From a bacterium (GTDB taxonomy: Bacteria > ARS69): a stretch of 64,000 bases of DNA. Shown here one piece after another: positions 38,733 to 47,773 of the stretch (within the stretch, counting starts at the first letter, position 1; every line of letters starts with the position of its first letter). The translations under genes and the position numbers were made by a program. The notes beneath the pieces were generated by a model. The model was not told the origin of the DNA. It saw only the letters and a list, made by a program, of their open reading frames with translations, and made no database searches. The stretch is taken from the NCBI GenBank assembly GCA_025774805.1, contig JALGZR010000012.1, positions 629-64,628 on the forward strand. Direction: 5' to 3'.

Positions 38733-39248
38733 ATGACCATGCCCGTACCCGCTCCGGGGACCGACGCCGCCACGCTGGGTCGACAGTTCGAGCTCTGTCA
38801 CGGTGTCTTCGTGCAGAATACGGAGGGAATCACGGCCGAAGACAGTCTCGTCTCGCCGCCGGCGGGAGGGAACTGCATCAACTGGGTCGGCGGTCACATC
38901 GTGGCGTCGCGCAATTCGGTGCTGGCCCTGCTCGGGGCCGAGCGCGTCGGCTCTCCGGATCAGTGGGATCGCTACGCCCGAGGAACGGAGCCGATCACCT
39001 CCCCCTCCGACGGGGTGCCCTGGGAGGAGATCCGGGCCGCGTTCGAGACCTCGCAGGAGAGATTCCGGGAGGCGCTGTCGCGCGCGACTCCGGACGACCT
39101 CGCGGCTCCCCTGCCCGAGGACGCAAACCCGTTCGGGGTCGAGAGCGTCGGACAGATGCTCGCGGCATTCGCGTTTCACGAGGCGTATCACGTGGGTCAG
39201 CTCGGCGTCCTGCGCCGCGTGGCGGGCCGGGAGCCGGCGATCCGCTGA
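38733..39248 (+). CDS. DinB family protein
   Basis: NCINWVGGHI and FHEAYHVGQLGVLRR; GGAGG RBS. Confidence 0.88.
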   Translation: MTMPVPAPGTDAATLGRQFELCHGVFVQNTEGITAEDSLVSPPAGGNCINWVGGHIVASRNSVLALLGAERVGSPDQWDRYARGTEPITSPSDGVPWEEIRAAFETSQERFREALSRATPDDLAAPLPEDANPFGVESVGQMLAAFAFHEAYHVGQLGVLRRVAGREPAIR

Positions 39249-39271
39249 GAAACGACCGAACGCGGATCGCC

Positions 39272-39321
39272 GGCGCGGCGAGGCGCTGCCGCAGGAACGG
39301 CGGGCGGGATTTGCAGGCTAG
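39272..39321. repeat. Degenerate right half of a family A element
   Basis: GGCGCGGCGAG..GCTGCCGCAG...GATTTGCAGGCTAG; its CTAG is the stop of the OmpA gene. Confidence 0.6.
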
Positions 39322-39977
39322 CCGGCCGTCTCTCGCTCGGCCGCCTTTTTCAGGTCTTCGTTCGCCATGATGGCCAGCTCCACCCGGCGATTGGCCTGAC
39401 GTCCGGCCTCGGTCCCGTTGTCCGCGACGGGCTGCGACTCGCCGTAGCCCATGATCGAGAAGCGGGACGGCGACACCCCGAGAGTTACCAGATGGTGGCG
39501 CACCGACTCGGCGCGCTGGCGGGAGAGCTGCATATTGTGCTCGTCCGTCCCGGTCGCGTCCGTGTGCCCCTCCACGAGGATGTTCGTATCCTCGTACTTC
39601 TGGAGAATCGCGGCGAGCTCCTCGAGGTTCGCACGGGCCACGGGACGCAGATCGGCCTTGTTCACGTCGAACAGGATGCCGGAGTCGAAGGTGACCTTGA
39701 TCCCCTCTCCGACGCGCTCGATCCTGGCGCCTTCCAGGTCCTTCTCCATCTCCTCGGCCTGGTTGTCCATGTAATTGCCGATGTAGGCCCCGGCGGCGCC
39801 TCCCACCGCGGCTCCGATGATCGCGCCGACGGCGGTGTTCCCCGCCTGCTTCCCGATGATACCGCCGAGGAGGGCACCCGAGCCGGTCCCGACGGCGGCC
39901 CCCTTCTGGGTCCGGGTGCAGCCGAACCCCGCCACGAGAACGATCCCCACGGCGGCGCACGCGATGATCCTCTTCAT
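39318..39977 (-). CDS. OmpA-family lipoprotein with glycine zipper
   Basis: Lipobox-like GFGC; GAxxGAxxG zipper; EGHTD, NMQLSRQRAESV, NRRVE. Confidence 0.93.
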   Translation of the reverse strand: MKRIIACAAVGIVLVAGFGCTRTQKGAAVGTGSGALLGGIIGKQAGNTAVGAIIGAAVGGAAGAYIGNYMDNQAEEMEKDLEGARIERVGEGIKVTFDSGILFDVNKADLRPVARANLEELAAILQKYEDTNILVEGHTDATGTDEHNMQLSRQRAESVRHHLVTLGVSPSRFSIMGYGESQPVADNGTEAGRQANRRVELAIMANEDLKKAAERETAG

Positions 39978-40087
39978 ACTGTTCACTCCTTGTCTCTCTC
40001 CGGTCGGAGCCCGCCCGACGCCGGTCCCTGCGGCTCCGGCGATCAGAGGTGGACGCCGCTCCCGGCGTCCGGTCCGAAGGCGGGGGC

Positions 40088-40096
40088 AATATAGCA
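40088..40096 (-). promoter_or_regulatory. Putative extended -10 promoter for the OmpA-family gene
   Basis: TGcTATATT on the minus strand about 110 nt upstream of the start. Confidence 0.4.
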
Positions 40097-40164
40097 CGGT
40101 GGGGCCGAATGGCGAGTCCGAAGGGCGGGCTGGCCGGGGCCCGGAGAGTGGGATAGGCTGGGCC

Positions 40165-40246
40165 CCAGGCCGCATTTCTCGCCAGGCGCGGAGAGCCGCT
40201 GCCGCAGCATGGACGGGAGCATGGACGGGTGAGAGATGCCGGTCAG
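40165..40246. repeat. Degenerate, internally deleted family A element
   Basis: GCCGCATTTCTCGCCAGGCGCGG..GCTGCCGCAGCA..GGTGAGAGATGC; contains a 12-bp duplication AGCATGGACGGG. Confidence 0.5.
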
Positions 40247-43061
40247 GAGGTGGCTCATGCGGGGTCGAGAGCGTAAGGACGTCCCGGCCGGCCGGAGGCG
40301 GGGAAATGAGAACGCGAGGCGGGCCGGGCGGTTTCGCCGCTGCCGGGGGCTCGGGACGGCACTCGGGGCGGCGGCGATTCTCGGAATGGCCGGGGGCCCC
40401 GAAGCCGTCCTCGCCGATCGGACCGAGGTCCTGCCCGGGGCGTGGATGGATCGGATCGAGGGCGGTCCGCGGATCCTCATGATCCCCCAGCGAACGGTGC
40501 CGATGTTCTCGTGCACCGTGCTGGTTCCCGCCGGATCGGCGCTGGAGACCGGGGCGACGAACGGGGCCGCCCACTATCTCGAGCACCTCCTGTTCAACGG
40601 GACGACGACCCGCACCCGCGAGGAGATCTACGGCACGACCGATCTCCTGGGCGCCTACAACAACGCCTCGACCCAGCGCGAGCGCACGGTGTTTCAGCTC
40701 CTGCTTCCCTCGGAGAACTGGCGGGCCGGACTCGAGCTCCAGGCGGACATGATCCTGCACTCGACCCTCCCGCGGGAGATGTTCGAGAAGGAGAAGGGGA
40801 TCATCCTCGAGGAGCTCGCCAAGGATCGGACGGACCCCGGCTACGAGGCGGAGCGTTTCACGAGCCGCGTCCTCTGGGGAGAGGACCCCCGGGCTCTCCC
40901 CGTGCTGGGAACGGAGGAGTCGATCTCGAACATGGATCCCGCCGCCGTCGCCGCGTTCTATCGCGAGTGCTACCACCCCGAGGGAATGACGATCGTCCTG
41001 ATGGGGGACTTCGATATCTCCGAGGCCACCGCGGAGATCGGGACGCTCTACGGAGGACGGGAGAGCGGGGCGTCGCGAGACCTCCCTCCCCGACCCGAGT
41101 TCCCGCCCGGCCGTGTCGCCCTCTCGGAGAGCGTGACGGGGCTGGGCAAGGTCGAGGTTCGCGTCCTGCTGCCCCTGCCGGCCCTGGATCCTTCGGACCG
41201 CGCCGGAGCCCGCATTCTGGAGGAGCTTCTCACGAGCGGGGAGCGGTCCTCCCTGACGCGGGCGATCGAGGCCGCCGGATTGAGCGCCCTCTCGGTGAGC
41301 GCGTCGATCGATGCGGGGCGCCCCGTCTCGGTTCTGACGCTCGCGGTCGATCTTCCCGAGGGCTCAAGCGGGGGCGAGATTCCGGGGACCTCGGTCCCGG
41401 TCGCGGGGAATCTGCTCGCCCATCTCGCCCGTTTCGCCGAGGTCGGACCGTGGCCGGACGAGCTGGAGTCGGCCCGGCGCTCCTTCGCCGCCGAGGAGCT
41501 CTCCCTGCAGGAGAAGATGCACTACTACGGATTCATGCGGGCGGAGGTGCTCGGCTCCGACCATCCCGAGGTCGCGCTTCGCATGGTCCACGATCTGGAC
41601 GGTGACGTGGCGGGGGTCGCCCGCCGTCTGGCGAGGGAGGCCCTCCGGGACGGGCGCATCCGGATCGCTCTCGCCGGGCCCGAGATCGGAAGCGCGCGCG
41701 AGACGTTCGACTCGGTGCCGGGCCCGGAGACGGCGAGCTGGCTGCCGCCCCCCGAGGCGATCGAGATCGAGCGCCTCGACTACGCGACGCCCCTCGACGC
41801 GCCGCGGGGGAGCGGCATCCGCCGCACGGTCCTCGAGAACGGCCTCGTCCTCATCCAGCAGACGGGTCCCGAGTCGCGGACCTTCGCCGCTCACGTGCTC
41901 TTTCGGGATCGCGGCGGGCTCGAGTCGGCTCTCGGTCTGCCGCCCGGCGCCGTGGACGTCGTGCACCGTTTGATGTCCCTGGGCACCGAGACGCTCGACG
42001 AGAACGCCCTCCGCGGTCGGCTGGCGGGTCTGGGCGCGAAGCTGAAGATCACCGACGCCGACTGGATCCCCTACGACGACTACTACTTCACTCCCGAGTA
42101 CTCCTACGTGCGGATCGAGACCTTCGACACGTTCGGCCTCGCCGCGATCGACCTCCTCGGCGAGATCGTGAACGCACCGCGCTTCGAGGATCGCCCCTTC
42201 GAGAGGGCGCGGGAGGCGGCGGTCATTCGGGCGGAGAAGGACCGGGGAACCCCGTCGAACCGAGCCGTGAGGGAGTTCCACCGCGCTCTCGGTGAGAACC
42301 ATCCGCTGGCCGAGGGGGTCCTCGGGTCGCCCGAAGCGCTGCACGAGCTCTCCCTCGAGGACGCCCGACGCCTGCACGGAGCGCTCATCGATCCCGCTCG
42401 GATGGTCGTCACCGTCTCGAGCAATCTGCCGTTCGACCGGGTCGGGGAGGCGGTTCGCCTCGCCTTTCCCGGAGCCGGAGCGACCCGGGTGTCGGTCCCG
42501 GAGGACTGGCGTCCGGCCGAGGAGGAGAGGGAGAGAACGGTCGCCGTCGAGACCGGCATGGAGCAGTCGTGGATCGTCGTCGGGTTTCCGGTGACCGTGC
42601 CCGAGCCGGATCGCCCCGCCCTGCGCCTGGCGACCTCGATTCTCTCCGAGCGGCTCGCCGATCGTCTGCGCGAGCGCGAAGGTCTGGCCTACCGGATCGG
42701 CGCCTCCGTTCGCCTCGACGGAGCCGGCCCCTGCGTCCGGATGTCGGCGGGAACGAGATCGGAAAACCTCGAGCGGATGCGGGAGGGAATGCTCGAGATC
42801 TCCCGATCCCTCACTCAAGAGCCACCGACGCCCGAGGAGATCGAGGGGGCCCGCAATCGGGGTGAAGGGCGCCGACGCCTGCGCCGTCTCTCCCGGATCG
42901 GACAGGCGTACGCTCTGGCGATGCTCGAGTGGAGCGGACGCGACCCGACGCATCCGGATGCCGATCTTCCCGGATTGCGAGAGGTCACGGCCGCGGACAT
43001 CGAGCGGGTTGCGGACCGGTACTTCCGGCCCGAACGGTCCATCACCGCGATCGCGCGCTGA
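40236..43061 (+). CDS. M16 (pitrilysin-family) zinc metallopeptidase
   Basis: HYLEH inverted zinc motif, NAST, EKGIILEE; C-terminal half RLREREGLAY; start uncertain. Confidence 0.9.
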   Translation: MPVRRWLMRGRERKDVPAGRRRGNENARRAGRFRRCRGLGTALGAAAILGMAGGPEAVLADRTEVLPGAWMDRIEGGPRILMIPQRTVPMFSCTVLVPAGSALETGATNGAAHYLEHLLFNGTTTRTREEIYGTTDLLGAYNNASTQRERTVFQLLLPSENWRAGLELQADMILHSTLPREMFEKEKGIILEELAKDRTDPGYEAERFTSRVLWGEDPRALPVLGTEESISNMDPAAVAAFYRECYHPEGMTIVLMGDFDISEATAEIGTLYGGRESGASRDLPPRPEFPPGRVALSESVTGLGKVEVRVLLPLPALDPSDRAGARILEELLTSGERSSLTRAIEAAGLSALSVSASIDAGRPVSVLTLAVDLPEGSSGGEIPGTSVPVAGNLLAHLARFAEVGPWPDELESARRSFAAEELSLQEKMHYYGFMRAEVLGSDHPEVALRMVHDLDGDVAGVARRLAREALRDGRIRIALAGPEIGSARETFDSVPGPETASWLPPPEAIEIERLDYATPLDAPRGSGIRRTVLENGLVLIQQTGPESRTFAAHVLFRDRGGLESALGLPPGAVDVVHRLMSLGTETLDENALRGRLAGLGAKLKITDADWIPYDDYYFTPEYSYVRIETFDTFGLAAIDLLGEIVNAPRFEDRPFERAREAAVIRAEKDRGTPSNRAVREFHRALGENHPLAEGVLGSPEALHELSLEDARRLHGALIDPARMVVTVSSNLPFDRVGEAVRLAFPGAGATRVSVPEDWRPAEEERERTVAVETGMEQSWIVVGFPVTVPEPDRPALRLATSILSERLADRLREREGLAYRIGASVRLDGAGPCVRMSAGTRSENLERMREGMLEISRSLTQEPPTPEEIEGARNRGEGRRRLRRLSRIGQAYALAMLEWSGRDPTHPDADLPGLREVTAADIERVADRYFRPERSITAIAR

Positions 43062-43149
43062 GTCCCGCGCCCCCGGTCCCGTGCACTGGCGGATCGTGCG
43101 GGGCCGATGGTACGATGCGGCCCATCCCGGAACCCAGGAGGGAACCCCG

Positions 43150-45894
43150 ATGCGGCCGGTGAAGGCCCGTCTCATCGCCCTGGCTGCGTCCCTCCTCGTC
43201 TCGATCTCCACTGCCCTCCCGATCGCGGCCCAGGTCGGAGACGTCGTCGGTCACGTCCGCGGCGGAGAGTCGTTCGAACCCCTCTTCGGCGCGAACGTGC
43301 TCGTCACCTCGCTTCGTGACCCGTCCTATCGCGTCACCCGTCTCGCCGATCGGAGCGGCCGATTTCGGATCGAGAACCTGCCGGAGGGCCGCTACGAGAT
43401 TCGTGCCTCCTATGTCGGGTACACCACGTTCGTGATCGATGCGGTGGAGGTCACCAAAGGGATCACGGTCAACGTGGATCTGTGGCTCGAGGTGGAGCCG
43501 CTCGTCGTGAGCGCCGTCGTGATCAGCGCCTCGCGCCGGGAGGAGAAGGTGCTCGACGCCCCCGCGGCCATCCACGTCCTCGACGGAGAGCGGGTCCGCG
43601 CCCGACCGGTCCTGACCCCGGCCGATCATCTTCAAGCGGTTCCATCCGTCGACGTCGTCCGCACCGGCCTCACCCAATCCAACGTGGTGCTGCGGGGCTT
43701 CAACAACGTCTTCTCCGGGACCACGCTCCTGCTGGTCGACAATCGGATCGCGCGCGTGCCCTCCCTCCGCTACAACGCCTGGAACCTGTTGCCGACCACG
43801 AACGAGGATCTCGAGCGCCTCGAGATGGTTTCCGGACCCGGCTCCGCCCTCTACGGACCGAACTGTGCCAACGGCGTGGTCCACGCGATCACGCGCCCTC
43901 CGATCGACTCGGAGGGAACGACCCTGTCCATCGCGGGAGGCGATCGGAGCACCGCGTTGGCGTCCGTTCGCCACGCCGGGAAGCACACCGAGAGAGTCGG
44001 GTGGAAGGTCACGGCCCACTGGCTCACGGGTGAGGACTTTTCCCATGTGGATCCGGTGGAGAAGGGCCTCCGCGAGGGTGAGATCGCGGACGGCGCCGAT
44101 CCGGACACCCTCAAGATCGGTGCCCGCGACGAGGACGTCGAGAAGATCGGCTTCGAAGGTCGCCTCGACGCTCGCGTGAGTCACAAAGTCTGGGTCGTCC
44201 TGAACGGAGGCTTCAGTCGCCTGGACAGCATCGAGCTCACGGGCCTCGGCGCCGCTCAGGTGAAGAACTGGAGCACCGCCTACGGCCAGGCCCGTCTGAA
44301 CTGGCGCGACCTGTTTCTGCAGACATACGTGAACCGCTCCGACGCCGGAGACACCTACAACCTCCGGACCGGTCTCGATTTCGTCGATCGATCCACTCTG
44401 GTCGTGGGTCAGGCGCAGCACCAGTGGAGTCCGAGTCCCCGGCGGGCTCTCGTCTACGGCGTCGATGCGCTTCTCACCCGTCCGGAGACGGACGCGACGA
44501 TCAACGGCCGCAACGAGGAAGACGACGACATCAACGAGATCGGGGCGTACGTGCAGGCGGAGACGTACCTGACCGACCGGTGGTCGGTGGTCGCCGCGGC
44601 CCGGATCGACGATCACAACCGTCTCGACGACCCGGTCTTCTCGCCACGCGCCGCTGTCGTGTTCGGCCCGACGTCCGACCACAAGCTCCGGGCGACGTAC
44701 AACCGCGCCTACTCGACGCCGACGTCGAACAACCTCTTCCTCGATCTCGTGACGGAGCGGGACCTGGGAGATCTCGGGGCGGCGATGGGGATGGAGGGCT
44801 ACGACCTGTGGGCCAAGGGCGTCCCGGAGGGGGGCTTTCACTTCCGACGCGACGGGGACGGTGGTCTGGACGGGCTCTACATGCAGGTGCCGCTGGCGCT
44901 GGGGGGCGCCGAGAGCACCCAGGTCGGCGCGACGGCCCTCGGGCCGCACGACCACGTTCCGGCGTCCGCCCACCTCGTGTGGCAGGGAGCCGTCAAGCTC
45001 CTTCTCGAGCAGAGCCAGGGCCGAATCGACCTGACGCACACTCTCTCCCCGGGGAATCTCCCGGGTGAGGGGATCGGCACGGTCCTGCGTGCGCTCAACC
45101 CGTCCACGGGGACGTTCGACCCGGTCTCTCCCGATGCCGTTCGCGATGTCGGGGAGATGGATCCCACGATCACGAACACGTTCGAGATCGGTTACAAAGG
45201 CGCGTTCGGCAAGAGCTTCTCGGCCACGATCGACGTGCACTACGACCGGATCAATGATTTCATCGGGCCCCTGAGGGTCGAGACGCCGAACGTCTTCTTC
45301 GATCCGACCGATCCGGAGCTCGCCGGCTACCTGGCCACGGCCGGAGTCCCCGCCGACTCGATCCCGATCGTGATCGATGCGCTGGCCCGGATCCCGGTCG
45401 GCACCGTGACTCCGGACGGGAACGACGATCCCGCCGATCCGATCCTGACGTATCGCAACTTCGGGAGCATCGACCTGACAGGGATCGACGTCGGGTGCGC
45501 TTGGGCGGTCGACCCGCGCTGGACGATCGAGGCGAGCTACTCGTTCACCAGTCGTGACGTCTTCCGAGACGTGGAAGGTGGGCTCGACGTTTCTCTCAAC
45601 GCCCCGCGGCACAAAGCCGGGGGCACGCTCCGGTACGTGGACGCGGACCACGGTCTCGACGCCGGGGCTCGACTGCGCTTCGTGGACGGATTCCCCGTCG
45701 AGTCGGGTGTCTTCGTCGGGGAGATCGGTTACTACGTCCTTCTCGACCTCGACGCCTCCTGGCGTGTTCCCGCGTCCCCGTCCACGGTGCTCTCGGTGAG
45801 AGTGCTGAATGTCCTGGACGACGAGCACCGCGAGTTCGTGGGGGCACCCGAACTCGGCAGAGTGGGTATCTTGAGACTGAGCCATTCGTTCTAG
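43150..45894 (+). CDS. TonB-dependent receptor
   Basis: Signal peptide; N-terminal carboxypeptidase-regulatory-like domain; plug LRGF..LLLVD..ERLEMVSGPGSALYG; terminal Phe. Confidence 0.92.
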   Translation: MRPVKARLIALAASLLVSISTALPIAAQVGDVVGHVRGGESFEPLFGANVLVTSLRDPSYRVTRLADRSGRFRIENLPEGRYEIRASYVGYTTFVIDAVEVTKGITVNVDLWLEVEPLVVSAVVISASRREEKVLDAPAAIHVLDGERVRARPVLTPADHLQAVPSVDVVRTGLTQSNVVLRGFNNVFSGTTLLLVDNRIARVPSLRYNAWNLLPTTNEDLERLEMVSGPGSALYGPNCANGVVHAITRPPIDSEGTTLSIAGGDRSTALASVRHAGKHTERVGWKVTAHWLTGEDFSHVDPVEKGLREGEIADGADPDTLKIGARDEDVEKIGFEGRLDARVSHKVWVVLNGGFSRLDSIELTGLGAAQVKNWSTAYGQARLNWRDLFLQTYVNRSDAGDTYNLRTGLDFVDRSTLVVGQAQHQWSPSPRRALVYGVDALLTRPETDATINGRNEEDDDINEIGAYVQAETYLTDRWSVVAAARIDDHNRLDDPVFSPRAAVVFGPTSDHKLRATYNRAYSTPTSNNLFLDLVTERDLGDLGAAMGMEGYDLWAKGVPEGGFHFRRDGDGGLDGLYMQVPLALGGAESTQVGATALGPHDHVPASAHLVWQGAVKLLLEQSQGRIDLTHTLSPGNLPGEGIGTVLRALNPSTGTFDPVSPDAVRDVGEMDPTITNTFEIGYKGAFGKSFSATIDVHYDRINDFIGPLRVETPNVFFDPTDPELAGYLATAGVPADSIPIVIDALARIPVGTVTPDGNDDPADPILTYRNFGSIDLTGIDVGCAWAVDPRWTIEASYSFTSRDVFRDVEGGLDVSLNAPRHKAGGTLRYVDADHGLDAGARLRFVDGFPVESGVFVGEIGYYVLLDLDASWRVPASPSTVLSVRVLNVLDDEHREFVGAPELGRVGILRLSHSF

Positions 45895-45964
45895 AAGGAC
45901 CCGAATCGCGACCGGGGCCGGCGATCGCGCCGATCGTCCGGCTGCCCCGGCCGGGAGGAGACCT

Positions 45965-47773
45965 ATGCCCGCCCTCGACAAGACCGTCCTCATTCTGGGA
46001 GGCGCCGGCCTCGTCGGAATCCAGTGCGCGAAGAAGATCTCGCGCACCCTTCGTCCGAAACGCGTCGTGATCGCCTCCCTCTTCCGCAAGGAGACGCGCG
46101 AGGCCGTGACCGTTCTGCGCCGGGAGTTCCCGTACGTCGACTACGCCGGTTACTTCGGGAACTTGTTCGTCCGCGGAGAGCCGACTCCGATCGAGAGGCG
46201 AGTCCCCGAGCCGTCGCCGCGCGAGTTCCTCGAAAGGCCGGAGAACCGGCACGCCGTCTTCGAGGACATATTCCAGGACTTCGAGACGGCGTACCGCGAA
46301 TCGTTTCTCGTGCGCCTGCTTCTGCGCGAGGAGCCCGACGCCGTCGTGGACACCGTCAACACCGCCACCGGCATCAGCTACCAGGACATCTTCTCGAGCT
46401 CCTTCGTCGTGTCCCGGGGTCTCGAGGAGACGAGGTCCCGGAAGGAGGCGATCTCGGAGGGGTTCGCCGTCGATCTGGAGAAGCACCTCGTCTCCGCGGC
46501 GGTGCCCCAGCTCATCTCCCACGTGCGCCTTCTCCACCGGGCGTTGACCGAGATCGGGTGCCGTATCTACCTGAAGGTCGGAACGACCGGAACGGGCGGA
46601 ATGGGACTCAATGTTCCCTACACCCACGGCGAGGACAAGCCGAGTCGCACCCTCATGGCGAAGACCGCGACCGCGTTCGCCCACTCCGGTCTCCTCTTCC
46701 TCATGGCGCGCACGCCGGAATGTCCGATCATCAAGGAGATCAAGCCGGCGGCGATGATCGGGTACCGCGAGATCGGTTTCACGCCGGTCCGCGGCGTGCA
46801 GTACCGACCGATGAAGGGGACGGGGAAGGGCGGCGAGAGGGTGAAGCTCGTTCCCGGGGAGCCCTACGCGCTCTTCGAGTGTCGTGAGCAGAAGCTCACG
46901 GATAGCCTCGACAACGAGCCGACGTTCGACGGGTTCGAGCCCCGGCGCGGTGAGGACGGAAAGCCGGCGAAGCTCGTACTCCCCTGCGTCAACACGGGGG
47001 AGAACGGCATCTTCACGAAGGGCGAGTTCGAGGCGATCACCTCCCTCGCCCAGATGGAGTTCGTGACCCCCGAGGAGATCGCCGATCTCGTGACGTTGGA
47101 GCTCCAGGGCAGCAATACCGGCCGCGACGTCATCTCCGCCATCGACTCCTCGATCCTCAGCCCGTCCTACAAGGGCGGTCTCATCCGGGGTATCGCGATC
47201 GAGGAGCTCGAGAAGCTGGAGCGGGAGAAGGGCGTCCCCTCCGTCGCCATCGGACAGCTCGGCCCGCCCCAGCTCGCCAAGTACCTGTATGAGGCACACT
47301 TTCTCCGGGAGCTCTACGGCTCGGTCGAGGGAGTGCTCACCGACGAGAACGGGACCGCGAGGAAGGCGGCCGAGATCTCCGAGGCGATGCACGAGCGGGT
47401 GACGAAGAGCCCGATCCGTCACACCATCACCTCCATCGGAATCCCGATTCTGCTTCCCGACGGGAAGACGATCCTGCGCGGCCCGGTCATCAAGATCCCG
47501 CCCTACAACAAGAAGGCCCACGTGGTCGAGCTCTCGGCACGTCGGATCGACGCGTTCGCGAAGAAGGGGTGGGTGGATCTCCGTCCCGTGCACATGGGCT
47601 GGTGGCTCGACAAGTTCCGAAAGATGCACAAGACCGTGTTCCGGCACGGCGCGAAGTGGAGCTCGGAGCGCCTCGACTTCCGTTCCTACCTCGCCGAGGA
47701 GATCCGGATCGGCGAGGTCGTGGCCTGGATCTTCAACAACGAGATCGAGCCCAAGGGGCACCGCATCAAGTGA
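45965..47773 (+). CDS. Atypical extended SDR/Rossmann-fold protein
   Basis: KTVLILGGAGLVG; DAVVDTVN; IKEIKPAAMIG; no YxxxK at the expected position (TLMAK). Confidence 0.75.
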   Translation: MPALDKTVLILGGAGLVGIQCAKKISRTLRPKRVVIASLFRKETREAVTVLRREFPYVDYAGYFGNLFVRGEPTPIERRVPEPSPREFLERPENRHAVFEDIFQDFETAYRESFLVRLLLREEPDAVVDTVNTATGISYQDIFSSSFVVSRGLEETRSRKEAISEGFAVDLEKHLVSAAVPQLISHVRLLHRALTEIGCRIYLKVGTTGTGGMGLNVPYTHGEDKPSRTLMAKTATAFAHSGLLFLMARTPECPIIKEIKPAAMIGYREIGFTPVRGVQYRPMKGTGKGGERVKLVPGEPYALFECREQKLTDSLDNEPTFDGFEPRRGEDGKPAKLVLPCVNTGENGIFTKGEFEAITSLAQMEFVTPEEIADLVTLELQGSNTGRDVISAIDSSILSPSYKGGLIRGIAIEELEKLEREKGVPSVAIGQLGPPQLAKYLYEAHFLRELYGSVEGVLTDENGTARKAAEISEAMHERVTKSPIRHTITSIGIPILLPDGKTILRGPVIKIPPYNKKAHVVELSARRIDAFAKKGWVDLRPVHMGWWLDKFRKMHKTVFRHGAKWSSERLDFRSYLAEEIRIGEVVAWIFNNEIEPKGHRIK

